Shown piece after piece: positions 22,811 to 32,204 of a stretch of DNA of 32,204 nt. Within the stretch, counting starts at the first letter, position 1; the number at the start of each line of letters is the position of its first letter. The stretch comes from Vicugna vicugna (Eukaryota), in contig MU057487.1 in the NCBI GenBank assembly GCA_013265495.1, positions 1,208,060 through 1,240,263 of the forward strand, given 5' to 3'. The notes beneath the pieces were generated by a model, which saw nothing but the letters and a program-made list of their open reading frames with translations, was not told where the DNA came from and searched no databases. A program made the translations under genes and the position numbers.

Positions 22811-23018
22811 CAGAGGTCAGCTAAATTCGGCCCACCACCTGTTCATGTAAATAAAGCTTTATTAGAACACAGTCCCATTTGGCCATTAACGTATTGTCTG
22901 TAGCTGCTTTGGCACTACGTTGGCAGTGTTGAGTCATTGTGACTGAGGCTGTATGTGACACATAGAACTGAAAATATTTGCTCTCTGGACCATTAAAGAA
23001 AACATCTGCTGACTCCTG
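22811..23018 (+). mobile_element. MER58A-like hAT MITE
   Basis: CAG...CTG termini; gtaaataaagctttattagaacacag...aaaatatttgctctctggaccattaaagaaaa matches the MER58A layout. Confidence 0.88.
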
Positions 23019-23019
23019 G

Positions 23020-23840
23020 TTTATGCAGAAGGAACAACGAACACAAAGCCCTCTGGCGCAAGTGTGCTTGCTGTGTTCAAGGAATAGCAAGAAAGCAAGT
23101 GTGGCAAAGGTGAGGGAACCAGGAGAGGGTCAGAGAAGACAAGGATGGAGAGAGAGTGAAGACCGATCTGGCAGGGACTTTAGAGGCCGTTGTATAGAAC
23201 TTTGACCTTTACTCAGAGGGAGATAGAAAACCACTGGAGGAGGCTGAGCACAGAACAGACATAATCTAACTTACAGTGTAAATTGATCAAGCACTCTTTT
23301 TAGAACAGATGAGAGGGGGTTAGTTTGGTGTATACTGCAATAATCCAGATGAAAAATGATTCTGGCCTGTACTCAGGTGTGAAGGAGGAAGTTGTGAGAA
23401 TTTGTCAAATTCTGAATATATGATAAAGATAGTGCTGGTGGGATTTCCTGGTAATTGTGTGTGTGTGTGTGTGTGTGTATTTGTGCACGTGCGCGCGCGC
23501 GCACGTGTGTGGGGGTGGGGGAGGGGAGGGAACTGGGTCCAAGTTTACTTGTGTGGGCGTGCACATCTGGGAGGACAGACCCTCCATTAACAGACAAAAG
23601 GATGATTGTGGGGCTGGGGACTTAAGGCATAGCTCATGGTTGGGACTGAAGAATCTAGTTTGGACAGTACAATTTTAGATGCCTTTTGGATATCCAAGTG
23701 GAGATGTCAAAGGGGTATATATGAATCATATCTAGAATTCAGGGGGAAGGTTTGAAACAGACATACAAATTTGGGAGTCATTAACATTTAGATAACATTG
23801 AAATCACAAGAACAGAATAAGATTACCTAGAGAGTAAATA
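23020..23840 (-). mobile_element. L2 LINE relic with an embedded simple-repeat island
   Basis: gtgttcaaggaatagcaagaaagcaagtgtggc and ggatatccaagtggagatgtcaa are antisense L2 motifs. Confidence 0.8.
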
Positions 23841-23869
23841 TAGCCGTCACAGAGAATGGCTTGAATAGC

Positions 23870-24080
23870 TACCATTTAAATTCAGTGTATGTGACAGGTT
23901 TTGAGCTAGGAACTTTATACTTTCTGTCTCTCTTACAGCCCTCTACCTGGGTAGGCATTTATACACACACCTATTTTGCATATGAGGAAATGAACACTGA
24001 TGTGCTAAGTGACTGGTCGGACACTACCTAGCTAGCGACAGAATGCAGGCATGCCTGCCTCAGTAGTAGAGCCCTCTCTG
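23870..24080 (-). mobile_element. MIR SINE
   Basis: cctattttgcatatgaggaaatgaacac...ctaagtgactgg. Confidence 0.65.
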
Positions 24081-24209
24081 CTCTGCGTGGACATAAGGGA
24101 TAGAAATATAAGAATGAGCTTCAGCTCTGCATATTTGAATAGCTAAAGAGGCCGTAGAACTCTGCAAGTGGGCTGCCCATTAACATCGACATCATCACCA
24201 GATGGGCAC

Positions 24210-24622
24210 CTCTGCTCTAAGTTTCAACTGCAGTGAGACGCTTCTTTAAGGAAACCACGAGGCTGGTAAGCCATGATAATGCTATCGTGGAACTTCCTTC
24301 TCGATGAATAAGCAGAACATTTCTCACTGAAGAGCAGATTAAGACGCGGACACTACCAAGGAATTTATGCATCGATGTCATGCTAAGGTTAGATGCCCTA
24401 ACAGGATGCTGGACAACTCCTTTATTAAATCGGAGGAAATAAACCTCATGACTAAAAACTGAGTATGAATCATTTAAAACAGTACAGAGATAGAGAATAT
24501 TACTCAGCGACAGATGTGACCCACAAACTTACTAAAATCTTCATAGTGTCGCTTTCATCCTCACAAAAGCAAAAGTTTCTTGGTTGACTGATAGTCTCGA
24601 ATGATATTGTTTCCACTGGCCT
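24210..24622 (-). pseudogene. Two fossil exon candidates (24533-24622 and ~24210-24326)
   Basis: First: ctgcactttccAG...tta|GTAAGT, 90 nt, open frame RPVETISFETISQPRNFCFCEDESDTMKIL. Second: acceptor cttaatctgctcttcAG with a weak donor. CpG is locally elevated. Confidence 0.55.
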
Positions 24623-26142
24623 CTGGAAAGTGCAGTCATTCAAACTTCCAAAAACTAATGTGGAGCAAAGAAAAGCCTGTTATCCCCCTTTCTTGTCTTC
24701 CTACAGGCCTGGCTGAAAGGAATCATCACTTATTTTTATCCCTACAAAAATCAAAAGGGGCTCATTCTTCCATGTTGAAGGGTGGATAGGAAGTAACCTG
24801 TGTGCACATGTGAGAACATCCACTTATCCCAGTTACAAAGCCACACCTTGAAGTGACACCTTCACTACAGTGATGAGGAAACCATGGAAGGGAAGTTATG
24901 CTTGGGGCCTGCTGAACAAGATCAAGTCTTGGTGGAAATATTTAGGTCACACTGGTCTGGATGAAACCTAGTGGGAGTAGTCAGAGGTTTTAGATGAATA
25001 ATGGGGAACTGAGAGATTCCAGTTTCTTTCCTCCTCCACCTTCATGTTTTCCAACCCCAGGTGTTGCTTCCATGGAAGCCCATCATCTGGGACAAGGTAC
25101 CATGATGATGGTACCAATGGGAGAGCATTGGTAGGGAGAGTCTGCAATGATACACAGTAATAATCGTCAGGAGAATCAGAAGATGCATTTGGCATTGATG
25201 CTTGTCATTTCTTTTAGGGATTTTGCTTCTTTATCACTATATTGTCATCTTACTGAGTGCCACGAGCAAGTTGTGTCATATTTGTATTTCCCACAATACC
25301 CAGCAAAGTACCTGTCACACAGTGGGCACAGAGCAAATGCTTATGGAATGGAATGCTAATAATCACCCTGCTGGCAGACACACATAAGAACCAGGATTCA
25401 CATTCCTAATCCTCTGTTTTGGAAATTGTACTAGTACTGCATTCTTCTGTTTCTCCCTTGCTTTAGAGACTTTAGACATTTTGTTTCTCCAACAGCATGA
25501 TTATTATCTCTCAGGATGTGTTTACGGGCCAGGAACAAATAGAACGAAACCACTAAAGTGTACATAGTCACATTCACATTTCTTGTCGCTTCCCTGGGAA
25601 GAGTATTCTTTGTTTGTGCTTCTGAGCTATTCACTTTTTTTTTGTCTGATTAACTGAGAATATTAGCTGAGTGTTGGAGAGAAGGGAGTAGATGCTGCCA
25701 CATAAGAAAGTATATATAGAAGAAAATGTCCAAGAGGTTTAAGGAGGAGGGAATTTGGACAGAGTAAGCTACTAGCAAAGGCTGGGCTTTCTAAGGAGAG
25801 AGGGATCTGGGATATTGGAAGAACTGCCACGAGGTAGGGAAGAGTTGGGGGGGTTACAAATAGGTGAAGAGAATTCTGGGGAAGTGGGACTAAGCTAAGA
25901 ATTTTATCATCCTTCAAAAATTATCTTAAGAAATCAAGAAAGATCTAAATTGTTCTCCAAGGTTTTGGGAGTTAGGGGTATGTGTGTATGTGTGTGTGTG
26001 TATGTGATTGTGCTGAGAACTGAAAGTTTGTTTTATTTGGGGTACAGTCAATATCTTGTGTGCTGATTTTGGTACCATGCTGGTTTACTAACACGTTAGT
26101 AGGTTATTTAATAGCGATTTTTCATTAAAAATTGTATGCCTA

Positions 26143-26235
26143 GGGAGATGGGTAGTAGCTCAGTGTCAGTGCTTGTGCTTAGCATGAACTAGGTCTTGGG
26201 TTCAATCCCCAGTATCTCCATTTAAAAAATTTAAA
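26143..26235 (+). mobile_element. tRNA-derived SINE (Vic-1-like, camelid)
   Basis: A box tagctcagtg, B box gggttcaatccc, gcttagcatg core, A-rich tail, degenerate TSD aaaa(t/c)tgtatg(c/t)c(t/c)a. Confidence 0.8.
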
Positions 26236-26585
26236 CAAAACTGTATGTCCAAACAAACTTAGTTTGTGCCATTGGTCATAGAACAAAGAATAGTACAGTG
26301 GCCACTGGAGGTTGAATTGAGACCACAGGTGTGTGAAAATAGAATAACAGAGTAACATAAAAAGAACAGATGACCCTGAGATCAGAGGTTACCTAAAAGC
26401 TGAATTCATTTGACCCAGAGCTGAGGGAAGCAGATACTACAACTGTAAGTTTGTAAGCACATTGTTATTGGACTAAGTGGACAGTGTTTATTAAAAACAC
26501 AGCCAAGGAATCCTTTCTGAGCTTTAAAGCTTGATGCCCGGCCAGTGTTGACGAATTCCACCCGCTGTGGTGAGACTATGCTTAC

Positions 26586-27733
26586 CCACCCTCTATGTAA
26601 ATCCTCCAAGAGTTCATTAGAATCCCTTGCATGTTTTCATGTTAGTACTATTATCTTGGCTCTTGATGGTTCCTTGGAGAGAGCATTGCTCCCACTCTCA
26701 AGTCAAGGTTTTTGCCTTGATCCCTTTTGATTGCTCAGGTTGGGTCGACCAGAAAGAATGGAGAGTTGGCAACTAAAAGTTGTACAGCCAGGTGGCCAAG
26801 AGAAGTGACACAGCTGTGTCTAGCCCCAGTGCTGGAGACAGAGGACCCTGTCCTACCAGTCACGCACGACTGACACCCTCTCACTGGGCTGCCATATCAA
26901 GCAGCTCTCTCTGAGGGGAAAAAAGTGTTCAGTTTTTTTGTTAACATGCTCGCACTTAGTTAATTGGCCTGTGTGCTGAGTAGTGTTTAATTAAAAAAAA
27001 AAAAGTGTGGCCTGGTGATTCCCTCTGAATCACACTTGGTGTGCTTGACCTACCCTAAGGAATACTTTTCAAAGTATTATCATATACAATTTATTCTCTT
27101 TGTATGTGTGTGTGTGTGTGTGTGTGTGTTTGTTGGGGAGGCATAAACGGAGAGAAAGGACAGGCGGGGTGGAAAAGAAAAAAGCAGTGTGGTTGGGGGT
27201 GGAACAAAATATTAACTTTAACTGCCTTTCCAAGCTTACTTAGTTACCACAGTATATGAAATGTGGTGGATTACATAAAGAACCAACTTTGTCGTTCACT
27301 CTTCAGTCCACAAATCAAATCATAAGTAGTTATTTACAACAAGATTTAAATAATTAAATAAGTAAAAATTCTGGGAGCATTATTCCTTACCTTGAATATG
27401 GTTCCTATTGTAGAAAGAGAATTTGAAATACATAAAAAATATATATATTTACTGAGGAACTCCTAATTGCCGAGTTCTAAGTTTTCAGAATTTGACAATA
27501 TTTTTCACTTATATTATTGAATGCCTCATAAACTGTTCATTGGGTTCAATTAGTTTTGTTTTGTACTTCTGGAATTTTCCTTTCCCATGAACTTACTGAC
27601 CTTTGCCTAGGCATTTTTGTATAGAGTTTAATGATATTCATACAAATAATATTAAATAGTGAGAGAGGTGATCTATGGAATAATGAATGTTCGTTAATAT
27701 CTGCCAAATCTGTTTTTCTAGACAGGCCAGAGC
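26586..27733 (-). pseudogene. Three phase-linked fossil exons: 27597-27733, a 14-nt microexon at 27391-27404, and 26586-26748
   Basis: SGLSRKTDLADINEHSLFHRSPLSLFNIICMNIIKLYTKMPRQRS|EPYS|RPNLSNQKGSRQKP*LESGSN...LLEDLHRGW. Donors GTAAGT, GTAAGG and GTAAGC; the last acceptor is GG instead of AG. Confidence 0.65.
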
Positions 27734-27869
27734 CTGACAAAGAAGATCACAGTGTAGTGGATCCTGCTTGTTCCCAGACAAGCCTTGTTTATTTAGCTGA
27801 TGATATTTGTCAAGTCCATTCAGGTACAACTGGTAACTGGACATTATCCAAAAATCATAAAAGTGGAAA

Positions 27870-28090
27870 TTAAATGGCAACACCACTCTTCTAAGTGCTC
27901 AGGCCAAAAATGGAGGCATCACTCTTGCCTCTTCTCTTTCTCTGATACCCCCCATCCTGGCAGCAAATCCTCTTGGCTCTACCAGAAAATATGATACAGA
28001 GTCTGACCTTTTTTCACCACAACCACTACTTTTAACCCTTCCTCTAAGCCGCGATTTCTTTGCTGGATTAATGCAATGGCCCCTTACCTG
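27870..28090 (+). mobile_element. L2 fragment
   Basis: aaatggcaacaccactctt...gctcaggccaaaa...gcaaatcctcttggctctacc. Confidence 0.75.
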
Positions 28091-28189
28091 TAGAGAGAAT
28101 TCTGAGAAAAGGTAAAAATGACAGTGAAAGATGGCTACAATATTTCTGCCTTCCTTTATATTTTGGGCAGGTTGTGTATAAAGTTCTGG

Positions 28190-28660
28190 CAGAATATTTG
28201 TTTGCAAGAATCAGAAACCCTATTCAAACTCGTTTACACAAAGAAAAAAAGTGTTGCTAGATTTCACAAGGAATAAGAACTGGGAACTGGAAAGTCAGGA
28301 ATGGAGACTTTTCTCTCCACCTCACTGGAGTCACTTCTCTGTGTGTATAGTTTGTGTGTCTGCTCCATTCTCCTGGATTCCATAGATGTCTGGGCAACCT
28401 CATCTTCAACCCCAGCTCTGCATGACTTCCCAGGTGAGACTAATTAGCATCTTTATGACTCAATTCCAGATTCCCAGAAGATGATCTCTTGGCTTGGTTT
28501 ACTTCAGGTGTCTGCCCTTGATCCAGTCAGTTTAGACCAAGACTCATGGTCACAGGATCAAAATACGGTTGCCAGGTCCAGCATTTCAGCAAGGCCTCGG
28601 GAACTCATTCAGAAAAGATGGCAAGAACTAGGCAAACTAACTAGTTAACATCTCTACCAC
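28190..28660. mobile_element. MaLR (MLT1-type) LTR relic
   Basis: tttgcaagaatcagaaaccctattcaaac...caggtgtctgcccttgatccagtcag. Confidence 0.65.
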
Positions 28661-29699
28661 AATTTACGGATAATTTAAATTCAATATTCTGTTAAATGGT
28701 GTAGTGAATCAATTATTATCATAAATACATCCTTTAGGACTCAATAAATGAAAATTATATAAATGGATGCTAGCAGGTGAGAAAGATTTGGTCTACCTTC
28801 AGAAAGTTTCTGCCAATAACGTAATTTCTCCTTAAAATACTTATTTTCAGTTTCTACTGTATTCCTCTCAATCAGCATCCAGCTGCCCCTGTGAGACCAA
28901 TAACAGAGTCTTTGATAGCCTGGTAGTATTTAAACAGGATAATGAAGACTGGCAGATTCAGGAACGCTATGAATTCTTGGTCTTGGGACTTTCATACCAA
29001 ATAATTTAATGAGCTGCCTTTCTTTTTGGGTTTATTTGTTTCTGTTTTTGTTTTTTGCCTTTTACTTTTCCTTGTATTAACTGAGTATTATCTACAGCTG
29101 TCCTGGCTTAACTAAATGTAATATCGCTATTTATAATTTGTCAGTGGTATGTACTATTATGCTATCATCTCCTGGTCCATTCTTCAATAAGTAGGTAACA
29201 AGGAATTCCACTTGGGAGAATGTTACTTGGCCAAAGGCAGAAAGCTACTAAATTGTTTGGAATCAACACACTGATTCATTCATTAAAACAAAACAAAAAT
29301 AAATAAATAAAATTTTGTTAAGAGATTATTAAAATTAATAATCTCTTGAAACTTTTAGTTATGTGCTAAATTTAAAATGAATAACAAATTATTGAATTTT
29401 TAATCATTTTAGTCTAAACTTTAAATTTCTAATTAATTTTCATTTAAAATTAAAATTTTTATTTTAATTTAAAAATCAATTGATCAATTGAAACAGACAC
29501 AAGAAATATCATGAGTTTGAGTCTCCATTATTTTATCCTTGCCATCATAAAGGTAGATATCTGGAGGGCATTGTTGTTTTTTGCCTAACAGAATTCTGCA
29601 TATGTCCCTTGAAAGTAAAAACTGGGGGACTGGCTTAAATTGGTGATCTGTTGAAGTCCCTTTCACCTCAAGGACCCTGATAGTAGTTTTTCCATTCTA

Positions 29700-29920
29700 C
29701 TATGTATTACTAATATAATGCACACTTTACATTTTTGTTTCCAGTTTATCTTTACAAAACCCTAGGAAGAAGGTAGCTTTAATTTCATTTTACACATGAG
29801 GAATCTGACCCCTAGGCAAAGTAAGGAATTTGCCCAAGGTTGCACGTATTACCAAGGTCTAGATTGAAATCTATGTCTGGCAGACAACAAAGCCTAGGAT
29901 TTTTCCACTATATCACAAGG
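29700..29920 (-). mobile_element. MIR SINE
   Basis: cattttacacatgaggaatctga...aaggaatttgcccaaggttgcac. Confidence 0.75.
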
Positions 29921-30019
29921 CCTATCAGGAAGAAATTGTCCCTTTTCCCAAGTTTCATAGTCCAATGATGACAAATCATCCAACAGATTTCTTTTCAAAC
30001 TAGATGAAAATTCTGTGGG

Positions 30020-30390
30020 GAAGTAATCTCTCTGTTTTGCAATTCACCCCTCTGGAGGTATTTGTATTTTTAAAAAGCTCTCCGCGTAATTCTGATCACC
30101 TCCCCAGCTGCCTTCCAATGTTCCTCGCCTTCTTCTTCACCTGGTCAGCACCTATTCACCTGGACTCAACTATGGTCAATTTACCATTTCAGGTCCTCTT
30201 CACTTCTCCACTTGCGTGATTCCATCAATGAACTCATCATATTGTTTCACAATTACTTATTTACGTGAGGTTTGCCCTCTTTTGACAGGGGACCTTGCTT
30301 AAAGCAAGAATTGCATTTTTGTGTCTTCAGTATCTAACACAATGTCTTACACTCAATAAAATGCATTTCAGAGAACTAAATCAGTAAACA
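30020..30390 (+). mobile_element. MER5-like fragment followed by an L2 3' end
   Basis: tttgtatttttaaaaagctctccgcgtaattctgat, then gtatctaacacaatgtcttacactcaataaa. Confidence 0.55.
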
Positions 30391-30559
30391 AACATTTCAG
30401 AGCCACTTGAAAATAGCCTGAGAAAAATCTTCAAATTTGTTTCATTGTTCATTACACCTAGTGAATTAACTGAGTAATTCAATAAATATTAAACCACAAG
30501 ACAACTTTATAGGTTCCAAGAGCAAAACATCATCCTTGAATGCGGAAACTCCACAGAGA

Positions 30560-30700
30560 ACTACATTTCCCGAAATCCCCGAGGCCCAGTCGTAGTTGGT
30601 TTGCTGACTGTTCTTGAAAGTCTGTCACAACAACCAATACTGTGAAGAGAATTTCCCTGAGCAGGGCAGGAAGTGACCAATCACAAGGAAGAGGGCGGGC
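30560..30700. promoter_or_regulatory. Compact TATA-less promoter: ZNF143/SBS, two CCAAT boxes, ETS, GC box
   Basis: ACTACATTTCCCGAAATCCCCG at 30560-30581; CCAAT at 30634 and 30677; CAGGAAGTG at 30667-30675; GGGCGGGC at 30693-30700. Confidence 0.75.
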
Positions 30701-31689
30701 ACTTCTGATTTCGGTTCAGAACACCCTCTGCAGCTCGGGACCGTCAGGGGCTGGAGTTGTTAACCTGAGTGTCCTCCCTCCATACACCCACCCCATGAAT
30801 TAGAATTAGTCTTTATGCGCTTCCATCCTTCCTTACGTTTTTCCTAATTCCCACATCCTTCCTAGTCAAGCACCTGTTTCCCAACCACATTTCCTTGTTG
30901 AACTCACTCTCCGGGAAACGTACCTGCAGCATGAATCTACCTTTTCAAACTTGAGCAAGACATGTGTGTCTACGCATCCAAGTGGGATTGTGACAGTGAA
31001 GCAGTGAAAAGGTTTGAAGGAAAACTTCATTCTTCCAACCTTTCCCCTTGCAAGAATGGAGAAGCTACTGGGGATTACTTAGTGGACCATCAGCATTACT
31101 AGGCGGCTTGAAGGTTCTGAAAACGAGTGAATCGCGCGGTGTTTACTTCCACCCTCACTCCCGCCCTCATCTCCACCCACCCGAGCGTGCGGACTGAAGC
31201 CAGGGCTGGTGTGTCACTGGTCCGGGCAGACACCCAGCCCTGAAGCCGTCTCCCTTTGGCAGCCTATTCATTCCACCAGCTACCTGCCATGGCCACGCTT
31301 TAATCCTACCAACAGTAACAGCTTCAGGAAAAAATTCATTTTTCCCCCTTTAGGTTCATCTCCTTTCCTAGTACGTTTCCAAGTCTGTCATCCTCTTGTC
31401 ACAGACATAACTGTTGTCTAGACGCTCTTTTTCAAAATCCAAATCCAAATTCCAAATCCAAAACAAAGCCCACTAATAAAGCAACAACAATAATATTGCA
31501 GCCGGCAGCCAGGAGTGTGCACCTCATTAAAGCATGAGAGCATAAACCCCTGCTTTAATAACTGCATTTGAAATGAAGGTTTCCTGCTGCTTGTTAGTAG
31601 TCAACATTTTTACTACCCCAGCTGCAGGAGAAGCAGCTGCATCCTCTGGCAGGGCGATTGGGATGGCAGAAATTTAGCCACGGTCTGGG

Positions 31690-32204
31690 ATTTTCGCAGA
31701 GGATAATTTAAGCCCCAGCTCCAGTCCGGCGGCGGGTTGGGGTGGGGGGGGGAGGTTGCGGTGCGCATGCTCGGCAGCCTGGCTCCGCGGAGGCCCAGCT
31801 GCCGCCACCGCCGCGGCCGGCGCTGTAACCGCGGCTGCCGCTGCTGCTCCAAGCGGGCGTTGGTGCCGTGTGCCGAGGCGCCCTGTCAGGCGAGAGGGAG
31901 CGGCCCGGCGGGAGCGCGGGCGGCGGCGGCGCCTGAGGAAGGCAGCCGAGGCTCTGAAGGAGCGAGGGCGGGCCAATCCAGCGGCGGAGGAGCGAGGCGG
32001 AGAGCGCGGGGACCCACCCCGGGCGCCCTGCGTGCGATGCCCGGCGGGCAGCGGCGCTGAGCGGCAAGGGAGGCCGAGCGGCGGCCGCGGACAGACAGCC
32101 GGCGACCCCCGGGAGGAGGAGGAGGAGGAGCAGGAGCGGGAGGAAGCGCCGAGGGACCGCGGGGCCCCGGGCGGGCGAGGAGCGGCGGGGCCGCGGGGCC
32201 TGGA
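31690..32204 (+). promoter_or_regulatory. CpG island; probable promoter and first exon/5' UTR of an unidentified gene continuing to the right
   Basis: Very high GC and CpG; NRF1-like GTGCGCATGCTC at 31761; GGGCGGGCCAAT at 31966-31977; (GGA)n and (GGC)n runs typical of 5' UTRs. Strand is inferred. Confidence 0.85.

Larger units (their letters stand above)
1..30600 (-). pseudogene. Decayed multi-exon gene (unitary pseudogene) encoding an ankyrin-repeat-like, possibly kinase-like protein; 3' end lies outside the window
   Basis: About 20 segments on the - strand, most with polypyrimidine-AG acceptors and GT donors, lying mostly in non-repetitive DNA. Several junctions are phase-compatible and the frames are nearly open with isolated stops. 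Position 1-2 is itself a GT donor on the - strand. The 5' limit is inferred from the promoter at ~30.6 kb. Confidence 0.72.

Noticed and set aside
566..24622. Resemblance of scattered peptides (NFCF, VPC, RMY, LEWT, GW...IF) to class II CPD photolyase
   Set aside because: Motif order and spacing do not fit photolyase; the matches are only 3-4 residues.
26143..26235. tRNA-Ala gene
   Set aside because: Degenerate stems, an A-rich tail and a TSD indicate a SINE.
28088..28101. Second 14-nt microexon (cttttctcAG...cag|GTAAGG)
   Set aside because: The donor coincides with the end of an L2 relic, so it may be coincidental; not counted as a feature.
31613..32067. GC-rich ORFs of 79-119 aa on both strands
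   Set aside because: Low-complexity Arg/Ala/Pro/Gly frames expected from stop-codon scarcity in a CpG island; no recognisable protein.

Overview
Mammalian (eutherian) genomic DNA, most likely camelid, judging from a Vic-1-like tRNA-derived SINE and a cetartiodactyl-type L1 3' end. The window contains no intact protein-coding gene. The right end is a CpG island that is probably the promoter/5' UTR of a + strand gene I cannot identify. About 1.1 kb upstream of it is a second compact promoter (ZNF143/SBS, CCAAT, ETS, GC box). The main result is a fossil multi-exon gene (unitary pseudogene) on the - strand, reconstructed by eye. It runs from near that promoter (~30.6 kb) off the left edge of the window. 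About 20 exon-like segments have mostly canonical AG/GT boundaries, several have phase-compatible junctions, and the reading frames are broken by scattered stops and frameshifts. The 5' exons give ankyrin-repeat-like peptides and the 3' exons give weaker protein-kinase-like motifs. Two solo ERV LTRs with perfect 4-bp TSDs sit inside its exons, and removing them rejoins the exon reading frames. Other structure: a third LTR, a 5'-inverted (twin-primed) L1, a 162/167-bp inverted duplication that truncates an LTR, an old ~280-bp direct duplication of an exon-like unit, a 27-bp L1 micro-insertion, and many ancient MIR, L2, L3, L1M, MER and MLT repeats. All family and domain calls were made by eye and none were checked against a database.
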